Part shown: in pieces, positions 17,026-25,893 of the stretch
Position numbering within the stretch: position 1 is the first letter of the stretch
Layout: every line of letters starts with the position of its first letter
Translations under genes and position numbers: made by a program
Notes under the pieces: model-generated
What the model was told of the DNA's origin: nothing
Seen by the model: the letters and a program-made list of their open reading frames with translations, nothing else
The model's database searches: none
Assembly (NCBI GenBank): GCA_964471015.1
Contig: CAYYFT010000001.1
Span: forward strand, 1-33,054
Direction: 5' to 3'
DNA from: an uncultured Pirellulales bacterium
GTDB lineage: Bacteria > Planctomycetota > Phycisphaerae > Sedimentisphaerales > Anaerobacaceae
DNA length: 33,054 bases

Positions 17026-17601
17026 ATGGACAAAGAGCAGTTGCGCAGCAAGCTGCAGAAGTGCCTGATTGCTATACCATTGGAACAGAGAGGCGAAAAA
17101 AGCCACAGAGCTTGTCAGAATTTGATTTCGATACCGCAATTTCAGAGTGCGTCATCGGTTATGATGTATTTATCGCTCCCGCATGAAATAGACACTTCCG
17201 AGGTGATACTTCATGCCTGGCAATTAGGCAAGGTGGTTGCGGTGCCGAAGATTTCCTGGCAACAAAGGCGTATGATAGCGGTGGAGATAAATTCGCTGGA
17301 AACTGGTTTTTCGACTTCGGTTTCCGGCCTGCGCAGTCCTGTGACTGGCGTGCCGGTACCGTTTGAAGAAATTGATTTGGTGGTTACCCCTGCCTTGGGA
17401 TTTGACAGGAAAGGCAATCGGATTGGTCGGGGCGGCTCTTATTATGACAAATTTTTCAGTGACGATAAATTTAGGGCGCCCAAATGTGGCCTTGCTTTCA
17501 CAGAGCAGGTGGTTGACTCGATACCTGTAACTTCGACGGATGTTCCGGTAGATTTTTTAGTGACCGATGAAGAGATAATGTATTTTAAGGGACCTCCCTA
17601 A
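17026..17601 (+). CDS. 5-formyltetrahydrofolate cyclo-ligase (MTHFS)
   Basis: About 190 aa with the family C-terminal motif DLVVTPALGFDRKGNRIGRGGSYYDKFF and VDFLVTDEE. The ATG immediately follows the rarA TGA, with AAGGA upstream. Confidence 0.8.
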   Translation: MDKEQLRSKLQKCLIAIPLEQRGEKSHRACQNLISIPQFQSASSVMMYLSLPHEIDTSEVILHAWQLGKVVAVPKISWQQRRMIAVEINSLETGFSTSVSGLRSPVTGVPVPFEEIDLVVTPALGFDRKGNRIGRGGSYYDKFFSDDKFRAPKCGLAFTEQVVDSIPVTSTDVPVDFLVTDEEIMYFKGPP

Positions 17602-17633
17602 GGGAGAACCCAATAACCAAGAAGGAGAATAAG

Positions 17634-18641
17634 ATGGCTCGCGGGTACAGCAGACGGAGAGACCGGACCAAAGGGTGGGTATATGTCATTTCGGCGTTGC
17701 TGATTATTGCTGTGGTGATTGCTTTTATTTATGGACGTTATCCTTTCGGCAGAAAGAAAGTTGTTGCGACCTCAACCGATACCGGTGGGCCGATGGAGAG
17801 CGAAACAATCTTACCTGCTGCGGAGCCCGAGGCGGAACCGAATTTATTAAAGGTTGCGCCTACAACGGCAGAGGCTAATCCCTGGGCGGCGGAGCTTATT
17901 TCCGAGGCAATGTCATATATCGAGGCGGAGCCGGCCAGGGTTATAGATGCGCGGGACAGGCTGAATGAGACGTTGCCGTTACCTATGAGTGAGCAGCAGC
18001 GAGCGTTTGTTAAAGAGCAGCTCTCTGAGCTTGCAGAAAAATGGCTGTTTAGCAGGACGATTTTTCCTCAGGACAGGCTTTGCGGCACTTATAAGGTCAA
18101 GCCGGGCAATCTGCTTACGACAATCGGCAAGCAATTTAAGGTTCCGTACGAGGTTCTTATGGAGATTAACAGCATTAACCGTCCTGAGGCTCTGCAAGCA
18201 GGAGAGACGATAAAGGTGGTCAACGGCCCGTTCCATGCGAGGGTATATCGTTCGACTTTCACGATGGATTTGTATCTTCAGAACACTTTCGTTCGTAGTT
18301 TTCCTGTTGGTCTTGGTCAGCCGGGTATGGAAACACCGACTGGGTTTTGGGCCGTCAAGTCAGATGGCAAGCTAATAGCTCCTACGTGGACGGACCCGGT
18401 TTCCGGTAAGACATATGAGCCTGAGGACCCGGATTATCCTTTAGGGTCGAGGTGGATAGGCCTGGAAGGTCTCAAAGGAGATGCTGTGGGCAGGATGGGT
18501 TTTGCCATTCACGGCACGAAAGACCCTAACGAAATTGGTATCGCAGGTTCACAGGGATGTATTCGTCTGCATAACGGTGATGCGATACTGCTCTATAATG
18601 TGTTGATGCCGGGTTACTCGCGAGTGGAAATAGTAGAGTAA
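17634..18641 (+). CDS. L,D-transpeptidase with N-terminal membrane anchor and LysM domain
   Basis: TM helix WVYVISALLIIAVVIAFIY. LysM (YKVKPGNLLTTIGKQFKVPYEVLMEINSINRPEALQAGETIKV). YkuD catalytic motif (FAIHGT...GSQGCIRLHNGD). AAGGAG lies 6 nt upstream of the ATG. Confidence 0.85.
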   Translation: MARGYSRRRDRTKGWVYVISALLIIAVVIAFIYGRYPFGRKKVVATSTDTGGPMESETILPAAEPEAEPNLLKVAPTTAEANPWAAELISEAMSYIEAEPARVIDARDRLNETLPLPMSEQQRAFVKEQLSELAEKWLFSRTIFPQDRLCGTYKVKPGNLLTTIGKQFKVPYEVLMEINSINRPEALQAGETIKVVNGPFHARVYRSTFTMDLYLQNTFVRSFPVGLGQPGMETPTGFWAVKSDGKLIAPTWTDPVSGKTYEPEDPDYPLGSRWIGLEGLKGDAVGRMGFAIHGTKDPNEIGIAGSQGCIRLHNGDAILLYNVLMPGYSRVEIVE

Positions 18642-18714
18642 GGAAGCTGGTTTTCGATTGATGGTAAAATCTGTCGATGCGGCGCCGGATGATATGTGGT
18701 AGCTCTGAGAAATA

Positions 18715-19653
18715 ATGGAGTGTTTTTTGGCTTTATTAATGAACCAAAGGATGGTTTGGAGCGGTGGTGTGAGATTCTGGGCGTGGATGGTCTCTATCGT
18801 GGTGCATCTAACAGTGCTGACGGCGCTTGGGTTTGTCGGGTTCTCTCAGGCCGAAGCTGGAGTGGAGCAGAAACCTGTGCCGACGGCCAAAATAAGTCAG
18901 ATAAAAAAGCTTGTGCAAGCAGCTCCTGTAATCCCTAAGCCGAAAGTAACAAGGCCTGCCGAAAGGCGGTTTGCAAAAGAGAGCGACAGATTGCTGCCGG
19001 TAAATCAGATTTTTGGCACTGTGAAGCCGGTCTCTAAAGATTGGCCGAATTTAGCAAAACCATCTGTTTTGATGAGCGAAATTTCGTCGCCGCGCAGTGC
19101 CGATTTGGAGGAAAGAATTGAGTTTTTCGGCAGTTTTACAGATGAGCGTAAGGTCTGTTACGTGGTAGATTGTTCCGGTAGTATGCAGGGGGTATTCGGC
19201 CAGGTTCAAAAGAAGCTGAGCGAATCTATTGGGAATCTTCAGCCTGACCAGTATTTTTATATTATCTTTTTCGGCGGCGATAGGCTATTTGAATTTGGCG
19301 ACGGCAAGTTGCTGCGAGCAACGGAAGAAGTAAAATCGGCTGCATATGAGTTTATCGATTCTATTCAGCCGACGGGTCAAACCAATGCGCTGGCGGCGCT
19401 TGAAAGAGCGGTGCAAATTCGTGACAGCATGGCCCAGAGCGCTGCGGTTGTTTATTTTCTCACCGATGGTTTCGAGCTGACGAACGAGGATGAAAGGAGA
19501 TTTTCGCAGGAAGTAGCAAAGCTGCTGGCGAAATTTGCGCCGAGAACAAAAATCAACACGATAGGATTTTGGCCACAGAGCGACGACCGCGAGATGCTAA
19601 GAACAACAGCAAGACAAAGCGGTGGCGATTTTGTCCTTGTCGATGACTATTGA
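18715..19653 (+). CDS. Membrane-anchored von Willebrand factor A (VWA) domain protein with TonB/TolA-like N-terminal anchor and Pro/Lys linker
   Basis: Single TM helix FWAWMVSIVVHLTVLTALGFVGF (S-x3-H-x6-L). Linker KPVPTAK...APVIPKPKVTRPAERR. VWA with complete MIDAS (VVDCSGSM; PTGQTNA; FLTDG). The start could be an internal Met (18739 or 18751). Confidence 0.75.
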   Translation: MECFLALLMNQRMVWSGGVRFWAWMVSIVVHLTVLTALGFVGFSQAEAGVEQKPVPTAKISQIKKLVQAAPVIPKPKVTRPAERRFAKESDRLLPVNQIFGTVKPVSKDWPNLAKPSVLMSEISSPRSADLEERIEFFGSFTDERKVCYVVDCSGSMQGVFGQVQKKLSESIGNLQPDQYFYIIFFGGDRLFEFGDGKLLRATEEVKSAAYEFIDSIQPTGQTNALAALERAVQIRDSMAQSAAVVYFLTDGFELTNEDERRFSQEVAKLLAKFAPRTKINTIGFWPQSDDREMLRTTARQSGGDFVLVDDY

Positions 19654-19668
19654 GTTTGTGGTCTAAGA

Positions 19669-19696
19669 GGTACGAAATACAAGATGTGGGATACGA
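19669..19696 (+). repeat. Imperfect heptanucleotide array (ggtacga aatacaa gatgtgg gatacga) across the exbB start region
   Basis: Read directly. 19677-19696 (atacaagatgtgggatacga) matches 5301-5320 (atacaagatgcgagatacga) at 18 of 20 positions. Confidence 0.5.
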
Positions 19697-20565
19697 CGAT
19701 GCGTAAAAGCTTCTGGCTGAGAACTTTTGTTTTAGTCGTTGCGATGGCTATTGTGCTGGTGGTGATGGTTGCAATGATGTCTCAGCTTTCGCAGGGACGG
19801 GTTCCCAGGGGGGTGAGATCTGTCATTGCTGCACAAGGGGGGACACGGACATTCTTTACGCAGTTTGTTGTATCAGGCGGTCCTATTGTCTGGTTTGTTC
19901 TTTTGCCGATGTCACTTGTTATGGTTTTTTTGGCGGTTGAGCACGGTCTTACCATTCGTCGCAAAAAACTTCTGCCCAGTGGTATAGGTGAGCAGATTAT
20001 CGAGATAGTACAGCAGTTTGGCCCCCGGCAGCTGGAGGCAAGAATTGCCGACAGGGGTGATTTTGTTAGTATTGCGGTTGTTAAGGCGGTTACCCAGGGC
20101 AAGGATGATTGGTTCCGGATGCGAAGCCTACTTGCCGAATCGCTTCAGGAGCAGGCTGGAGGGCTTTTGCGCAGGATTGAATGGCTTAATCTGATAGGTA
20201 ATGTTTCGCCGATGGTGGGTCTATTCGGGACGGTTTTTGGGATGATAAAGCTGTTCAACGCCATTGTGATGGCCGGCGGACAGCCGCAACCGTCGCAACT
20301 GGCTGATGGGATATCCGTTGCTCTGGTGACAACGTTCTGGGGTCTGTTTATTGCGATACCGGCGTTGGCGATACACGGCGTGTTTCGAAACCGAATTGAG
20401 ACACTGGCAAATGATGCTGTAGTGGAAGCTGAGAATATAGTGCCGGAGATAAGACGCAGCTTAAAACAAAGCCAGGCTGAGGAGCCGAAACTTAAGCAAC
20501 CGATTCGGGAGATTGGAGGCAAACTAAAGGGGGCGATTGGTGAGTCCCGGCCCTTGCGAAGATAG
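19684..20565 (+). CDS. exbB: MotA/TolQ/ExbB family proton-channel protein (with extra N-terminal TM segment)
   Basis: Conserved C-terminal TM pair: NVSPMVGLFGTVFGMIKLFNAI and ADGISVALVTTFWGLFIAIPALAIHGVFRN. At 293 aa it is longer than E. coli ExbB and has an additional N-terminal hydrophobic helix. Alternative start is ATG 19699 (MRKSFWL...). Confidence 0.85.
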   Translation: MWDTTMRKSFWLRTFVLVVAMAIVLVVMVAMMSQLSQGRVPRGVRSVIAAQGGTRTFFTQFVVSGGPIVWFVLLPMSLVMVFLAVEHGLTIRRKKLLPSGIGEQIIEIVQQFGPRQLEARIADRGDFVSIAVVKAVTQGKDDWFRMRSLLAESLQEQAGGLLRRIEWLNLIGNVSPMVGLFGTVFGMIKLFNAIVMAGGQPQPSQLADGISVALVTTFWGLFIAIPALAIHGVFRNRIETLANDAVVEAENIVPEIRRSLKQSQAEEPKLKQPIREIGGKLKGAIGESRPLRR

Positions 20566-20601
20566 TTCGCCTACGGCGGATAAATTTGGGAAAGAAGGTT
20601 T

Positions 20602-21078
20602 ATGTCTTTTGGGATTGATGGGCAATTTCGCAGCGGCGTGCAGTCGTTTAATATGACGCCGATTATCGATATTGTGTTTTTGCTTATTATATTTTTTTTG
20701 GTGGTTTGTCAGTTTATCGAGGCGGAGAATTTTCCTGTTGCTGTCCCGGACGGTTGTGAGTTTGCCCAAAGCGAGCCGGAAGCCGGGGCTCAGCTAATCA
20801 CCGTTACAGTTATGAAAACAGCTAAAGAGAGAAGCTGTTTTGCGGTCGGCTCGGAAGAAATTGCCGCATCGAGCTATGCGGATGTGGTTGAAACAATCGC
20901 TGGATTGATAGATGTTCGGTTAAAGGATTTACCCCCCGAAGGCAGGGTCATTACTTTGCGTATTGACAAGGATGTCTGTTTCAGCGAGGCTCAATACGCT
21001 CTGGCAGGTGTCGCCGCAAGCATCGCAACGGATATCCAATTAGCGGCGCTGAAAAACAAACGCGCCGACCTGGAATGA
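20602..21078 (+). CDS. exbD: ExbD/TolR family biopolymer transport protein
   Basis: NMTPIIDIVFLLIIFFLVV (the TM helix with the conserved Asp), followed by a periplasmic alpha/beta domain of about 100 aa. GAAAGAAGG lies upstream of the ATG. Confidence 0.85.
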   Translation: MSFGIDGQFRSGVQSFNMTPIIDIVFLLIIFFLVVCQFIEAENFPVAVPDGCEFAQSEPEAGAQLITVTVMKTAKERSCFAVGSEEIAASSYADVVETIAGLIDVRLKDLPPEGRVITLRIDKDVCFSEAQYALAGVAASIATDIQLAALKNKRADLE

Positions 21079-21109
21079 CTTTTCAGCTCGATTGTCAGCA
21101 TGCAGAAAT

Positions 21110-22381
21110 TTAAGCTGATTCTTTTTTTGGTTTTTGTTTTGCGGTGGACAGTTTGGCTTTACCTTCGACGATATCGCGTGTAATTACATATTTTGCAGGT
21201 TTTCGTTCTTCGGGTAGCTGATACATCAAATCTACCATCAGCTCCTCGGCAATCGCGCGAAGGGCTCTGGCGCCGGTGTCTCGCTCGAGCGCTTTTTGTG
21301 CCAATGCGTGTAAGCCGTCATTTGTGAATTCAAGCTCAGCATCTTCCATCTCAAAGAATTTTTGATACTGCCTGATGAGCGCATTTTTCGGCTTGGTTAG
21401 TATGTCAATGAGCGCATTTTCATCGAGAGCCGAGAGGGTGGTAATTACCGGCAGACGTCCCACCATTTCAGGAATCATTCCGTATTCGATGATGTCTTCC
21501 GGTATTACCTGCTGGATTATATTGCTGTAGTCTGTTTTTTCATCGGTTCGGCCGGCCAGCTCTGAATCGAAGCCAATCATTTTTTTACCGAGCCGTTTCT
21601 TGACGATATTTTCCAGGCCTGTGAATGTTCCGCCACATATAAAAAGTATCTGGGCGGTGTCGATTTGTATGTATGATTGTTCCGGATGCTTTCTTCCTCC
21701 CTGCGGTGGGATATTGGCGATAGTACCTTCGAGCATTTTTAATAGTGCCTGCTGGACGCCCTCGCCGGAGACGTCTCGGGTAATCGAGATATTCTGAGAC
21801 GTTTTTCCGATTTTGTCGATTTCATCTACATAGACGATGCCTCTTTCCGCAGCTTCTATATCGTAGTCGGCTGACTGTAGCAGTCGGAGCAGGAAATTTT
21901 CGACGTCTTCTCCGACGTATCCGGCTTCGGTAACAGTAGTGGCATCGCATATTGCGAACGGTACTTCCAGGAAGCGTGCAAGGGTGTGTGCGAGGAGCGT
22001 TTTGCCGGCGCCGGTCGGGCCGATTAAAAGAACATTGGATTTGTCAATTTCGACATCGCTATCATTACTGTCGGTGTGCAGCAGGCGTTTATAATGGTTG
22101 TGCACTGCGACCGAGAGGTATTTTTTGGCGTGTTCCTGACTGATTACGTACTGGTCGAGATATTGCTTTATTTCTTTCGGCTTTGGCATTTCTTTGAGAC
22201 TAAGTGCCGGCCCGCTGATTCGTTTGCGGTTTTGCTGGATGATATTGTGGCACAAATCGACACATTCGGGGCAAATAAAGACGTTGTTCGGGCCTTCTAT
22301 GAACGTATCAGTCTGGCTTGACGACCTGCCGCAGAAGCTACAGATTGCCTTGGATTTTTTATTATTTGATTGCTTGGCCAT
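21110..22381 (-). CDS. clpX: ATP-dependent Clp protease ATP-binding subunit ClpX
   Basis: N-terminal zinc-binding domain (CSFCGR...CPECVDLC), Walker [15 protein letters not shown], Walker [28 protein letters not shown]-loop region (KMIGFDS), sensor regions. No clpP is adjacent. Confidence 0.95.
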   Translation of the reverse strand: MAKQSNNKKSKAICSFCGRSSSQTDTFIEGPNNVFICPECVDLCHNIIQQNRKRISGPALSLKEMPKPKEIKQYLDQYVISQEHAKKYLSVAVHNHYKRLLHTDSNDSDVEIDKSNVLLIGPTGAGKTLLAHTLARFLEVPFAICDATTVTEAGYVGEDVENFLLRLLQSADYDIEAAERGIVYVDEIDKIGKTSQNISITRDVSGEGVQQALLKMLEGTIANIPPQGGRKHPEQSYIQIDTAQILFICGGTFTGLENIVKKRLGKKMIGFDSELAGRTDEKTDYSNIIQQVIPEDIIEYGMIPEMVGRLPVITTLSALDENALIDILTKPKNALIRQYQKFFEMEDAELEFTNDGLHALAQKALERDTGARALRAIAEELMVDLMYQLPEERKPAKYVITRDIVEGKAKLSTAKQKPKKESA

Positions 22382-22454
22382 TATTATCTTCCTAATCTCA
22401 AATTAAGTTTTTTCCACTTTACATATTGTAGTTTAGAGCGGCCATTCAGGCAAG

Positions 22455-24755
22455 TTATTTGCCTGTGCTAAAGTTACTTCGGCACAGGAGTTTAAGAGAG
22501 TTCAGTTTTTCAGCCCATAATGGTGGGATATCAGTGAAGCTGTTTTCGAGAACCTCAATGGTATGCAGGACTTCTTTCTTTTTTGCCTGGGGGCATTTAG
22601 ACCAGCAGTAAAGCTCATAAAATTTTGCTCGCCACCATTTCCAGCTCTGTTGGTCTGCTTTGGGGAGTTTGTTTTTCTGTATTCTGGTGATTTTAGCCCA
22701 GAGTTCTGCCGCCTGCTCGAACTTGCCTTGCTCAGAAAATAATCTTGCGCGACAGCGAAGCAAATCGACATCTGCATCTCGACTGTCTCCGGCGAGATTG
22801 TTGAGCAGTTCATCGGCTTCTAATAAATTTTCCTTGTTTTTATCCGCAGCGAAGATGGATATTTCCGCCAGAAACAGACCTGATTGTCGGTTGTTGAGGG
22901 TTGAGTAGCAAAATTGGGCCAATTTTTTGCAGTTCTCCATCATCTCGCGCGAATAAGGATTATCTGGTTCTGTTTTAAACTCGTCGATTTTATCAATGAC
23001 TTCAGCCAACAGTTTTGTAACTGCCCCTGCAAGTGAACCGCGGTCATCCTGAATGGCTAAAAGCATATAGTGGGCCGATTCGTCCAATCTTCCTAACTGC
23101 TGAAGCGCCTGTGCCTTGAATAAATCAAGGTTTATACCGTGGGTGGTTTCGGCCTTTGTTAAGATTTCTACTGCTTTTTTTGTTGAGATTTTATCCTTTG
23201 ATTCGGAAAGCGATTGACGATATATGGCTATCGCCTCCCTGCGGAGTTTGTTACTGTTTTCATCCTGACCGCGGCAGCTTAATATAAAATCGCCTAATTT
23301 TTCGAGCAGTTCACTCTGCTGCTCCTGAGTGCTATCCTGAGTTTTTTGTATTTCCTGTAGTATGAGGTCTAATCTTGCTCTGTTGCGCCAGTTTCCGGCA
23401 GGTCGACTGGCTATTTTTTCTAACACCTCTTTAGTTTTTGTATTCCGATTGCAATTGTTCAGGATGATGGTATAGAGGTATTCCAGCTCTTCGTCGATTT
23501 TTTCCTCGGCTATTGTGTAGTAGTTCTCAAAGGCTTCAAGGACAAGAGGGCAATTAAGTGAATCTGCAATGAAGAGGTTATATGCGAGTTGTGCGGCTTG
23601 TTCAGCGATTTTGTGGGATTCGATGTTCAGGCCGGTTTTTTTTTGCTGCTGCAGTTTACTTGCTCTTACTAAAAGATCAATCGCTTCAGCCGGCGACGAT
23701 TCCGCCAGTGTTGTTGCTGTGACGTAAAGTATCAAAGGTGTTTGGAATTTTTTTGTGGCTGCCAAATGGTCTAACAATGTTTCATAATCTTTAGTTTCAT
23801 TTTTCCAAGCAGCCTGTGCGGCCAATTCAGCTTCGAATATGCTGATTTGCTGTAAGCTTTGCTGCTGTGCGATTCGATGAGATAAATCTGACAAAATAAA
23901 CGGGCCGAGGACATCTTCTGTTTGCGGACAAAGAGATACGATTTTTTCCAGGCCTTCAGGGTGGTTAAACTTTCGCTGCAGAGATGCCAAAGACAAAACC
24001 AGTTCAATATCGTGAGGACAGCCGGCCTTGAAAAAGTAATCTACTAATTCGTTCAACTGGCGAGGTTTGATTTTACCTCTGAATTTGGTTTTTTGTATTT
24101 GTCCTCTGATATAGAATTCACAGGGCATACCAGGATAAATCATATCAGGTGAGCTGAGCACTTTTTCTGTCTGGCTCTTGTAGTTAGGTTCTGTTTCGGC
24201 AAGTAGTATCAGGGTTTTAATCTTTAATAGTTTTACAGTGTTTGATAGTACGTGAGAAAATGTAGAATCTATTTGAGCAAGTATCTTTTGTAATATTTCA
24301 TTTCTTTGCGGTTGTCCGGACGTAAGCGCGAGATAAAAATCAATTTCACATTTGTAAAAAGTTGTCCTGAACAGGTCACCAACCGATTTTCTCCACAGGC
24401 CTGTCGAGCCATATCTTTGGTCCCAATCGTCGCCTTTGTAATCTTCGATTCGCTTCTTTAGTGCTTCCTGTTTTTTTACGATTGTTTGCAGTCTGTCGGC
24501 GGTGTCTTTGGCGAGTTTGTGCAGATTTTCTTTATCATCGTTGGTTAAAAATTTGCCGCTGTATTCATACTGCATACGCAGTTTAAAGCTTTGTCGCATA
24601 AATGTGTTGGCGGTCAGCTTTGTGTTTTCAGCGAGGTTGTTGATAATCTCTTCAGTCGGAAGTGTGTTGGCTGAAGTTGTCTCTGCAGATAAAAATAAAA
24701 CTACCATACAGAGGGTGGTTGCGATTTTAGAGGTATGTTTATTTGTGGTGCCCAC
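22455..24755 (-). CDS. Secreted all-alpha-helical repeat protein (TPR-like C-terminus), function unknown
   Basis: GTG start with GGAG 8 nt upstream, inside the end of exbD2. Signal-like N-terminus KIATTLCMVVLFLSAETTSANT. 766 aa rich in L/K/E/Q with no catalytic motif recognised. TPR-like segment LLRCRARLFSEQGKFEQAAELWAKI. AT-rich relative to its neighbours: six hand-counted 60-nt lines average about 40% GC. Confidence 0.6.
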   Translation of the reverse strand: MGTTNKHTSKIATTLCMVVLFLSAETTSANTLPTEEIINNLAENTKLTANTFMRQSFKLRMQYEYSGKFLTNDDKENLHKLAKDTADRLQTIVKKQEALKKRIEDYKGDDWDQRYGSTGLWRKSVGDLFRTTFYKCEIDFYLALTSGQPQRNEILQKILAQIDSTFSHVLSNTVKLLKIKTLILLAETEPNYKSQTEKVLSSPDMIYPGMPCEFYIRGQIQKTKFRGKIKPRQLNELVDYFFKAGCPHDIELVLSLASLQRKFNHPEGLEKIVSLCPQTEDVLGPFILSDLSHRIAQQQSLQQISIFEAELAAQAAWKNETKDYETLLDHLAATKKFQTPLILYVTATTLAESSPAEAIDLLVRASKLQQQKKTGLNIESHKIAEQAAQLAYNLFIADSLNCPLVLEAFENYYTIAEEKIDEELEYLYTIILNNCNRNTKTKEVLEKIASRPAGNWRNRARLDLILQEIQKTQDSTQEQQSELLEKLGDFILSCRGQDENSNKLRREAIAIYRQSLSESKDKISTKKAVEILTKAETTHGINLDLFKAQALQQLGRLDESAHYMLLAIQDDRGSLAGAVTKLLAEVIDKIDEFKTEPDNPYSREMMENCKKLAQFCYSTLNNRQSGLFLAEISIFAADKNKENLLEADELLNNLAGDSRDADVDLLRCRARLFSEQGKFEQAAELWAKITRIQKNKLPKADQQSWKWWRAKFYELYCWSKCPQAKKKEVLHTIEVLENSFTDIPPLWAEKLNSLKLLCRSNFSTGK

Positions 24756-24760
24756 CCTGC

Positions 24761-25231
24761 TTACTCCGTCATTTCGAAAGTGATATCGGTCAGTCCTGCC
24801 CCATAAAGCAGATTATATATTTTTGCGAGGTGCTGCCATTTTACATCTGCGTCACAAATGACTTCTATGGGGTCAGTGGCGAATCTTTTTTGGGCAAGCA
24901 GGCAGTCTCTGGTTTTTTCCATCAATACTGCCAAATCCGCCTCGATGTTTTCGTTTTCTATCTGGACGGTGTGGAGTTGGCTTATTTGTACCTGGCAGCC
25001 GGAGTGCGTTGCGGAAATGTGTATTGTCAGAGGCCCAGGTTTTCCGATTGTTTGGTGTTGCGTGTATGCGGTGGGCAGTTGGAACGGCAGAAAATCCTCC
25101 TGTGGTCTGAACTTTGCTGCGACAAGGAAAAATATCAGCAGCAAAAATATTATATCTATCATCGGTGCCATGCGCAAAGTAAAGGGGTGCCTCCGACTGG
25201 TAAAAACCCCTTTACAAATGTCTCTTCGCAT
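24761..25231 (-). CDS. Second ExbD/TolR family protein (orphan paralogue, no adjacent ExbB)
   Basis: RMAPMIDIIFLLLIFFLVAAKF (TM helix with the conserved Asp), then a periplasmic domain of about 110 aa. Only 5 nt separate its stop from the next gene. Confidence 0.75.
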   Translation of the reverse strand: MRRDICKGVFTSRRHPFTLRMAPMIDIIFLLLIFFLVAAKFRPQEDFLPFQLPTAYTQHQTIGKPGPLTIHISATHSGCQVQISQLHTVQIENENIEADLAVLMEKTRDCLLAQKRFATDPIEVICDADVKWQHLAKIYNLLYGAGLTDITFEMTE

Positions 25232-25327
25232 GTTTTTGTTTTTCTCCGCAGTCCTAAGGGTTCTCCACAGGACACCTTACGGTGCTTACGGAGGATGCCT
25301 GACGGCGATAGCGTATGGTTTTCTTTT

Positions 25328-25891
25328 TTATACGCTATTTTTGGCAAATTCAGCGCCTCGCTGCAGAGCTTTGGTGTTGAGCGGCAATGTATTATGATAC
25401 CGTTCGGCAAGGACATCAGGCAAAGACTTTGCGGCAGCGTCAGGACCGAATAAGCCCCGCCTTTGAAGATACGCACCGATGACTACCATATTAGCAGCTT
25501 TTTGATTACCTAATTCGATAGCGATGTCGTCGGCGGGCACGGCTAATATATCAATCGATTCATCCACATCCGGTTCGCTATCAATCAGGGAACTGTTCAT
25601 CACTAAAAGGCCGTTGTTTTTAATACGCGTGGCGAACTTATTCAGCGAGGCCTTGTTCATTATAATCGCGGAATCCGGCCTTGTAACCAGCGGTGAGGCG
25701 ATTGCGCAATCTGCGATTATGACCATACTGTTGGCAGTTCCGCCGCGCATCTCGGCGCCATAAGAGGGCATATAAGTTACTTCTTTGCCGGCCTTCATCG
25801 CCGTTTGGGCCAGCAGTTTGCCGGCCAATATAATCCCCTGGCCGCCAAAACCGGCAATAATTACTTCTTCATAAAAGCTGTTCTGTGTCAC
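25328..25891 (-). CDS. korG: 2-oxoacid:ferredoxin oxidoreductase, gamma subunit
   Basis: EVIIAGFGGQGIILAGKLLA... is typical of the POR/KOR gamma (PorG/KorC/OorC) domain, and this is the last gene of the D-A-B-G cluster. Substrate (2-oxoglutarate, pyruvate or other) cannot be fixed by eye. Confidence 0.85.
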   Translation of the reverse strand: MTQNSFYEEVIIAGFGGQGIILAGKLLAQTAMKAGKEVTYMPSYGAEMRGGTANSMVIIADCAIASPLVTRPDSAIIMNKASLNKFATRIKNNGLLVMNSSLIDSEPDVDESIDILAVPADDIAIELGNQKAANMVVIGAYLQRRGLFGPDAAAKSLPDVLAERYHNTLPLNTKALQRGAEFAKNSV

Positions 25892-25893
25892 TT

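Noticed and set aside
21079-21109. The convergence point of the + and - gene blocks as a possible replication terminus or dif site, or a bidirectional terminator
   Set aside because: I see nothing resembling the XerCD dif consensus. There is only a 6-bp stem (tcagct/agctga) with a 24-nt loop and no U-tract. A strand switch alone is not evidence for a terminus. A GC-skew calculation over a much larger region would be needed.
22448-22464. Small hairpin (aggcaa-gttat-ttgcct) overlapping the stop codon of the 766-aa gene, upstream of clpX
   Set aside because: It has only 6 bp, no U-tract, and overlaps coding sequence, so it is not convincing as a terminator.
25179-25215. 9-bp stem (gtaaagggg/cccctttac) with a 19-nt loop inside the first 18 codons of exbD2, which might suggest a later start at 25171
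   Set aside because: Starting at 25171 would leave only 3 cytoplasmic residues before the TM helix, whereas ExbD/TolR proteins normally have about 15-20. The loop is long and the structure weak, so I kept the 25231 start.
24743-25453. 236-aa plus-strand ORF (and the nested 179-aa ORF at 24858-25397) spanning exbD2, the intergenic gap and the korG 3' end
   Set aside because: It is antisense to two ORFs with clear family motifs (the ExbD TM helix and the KOR gamma subunit). Its translation is Cys/Phe/Arg-rich with no recognisable motif, signal or RBS, so I treat it as a shadow ORF.
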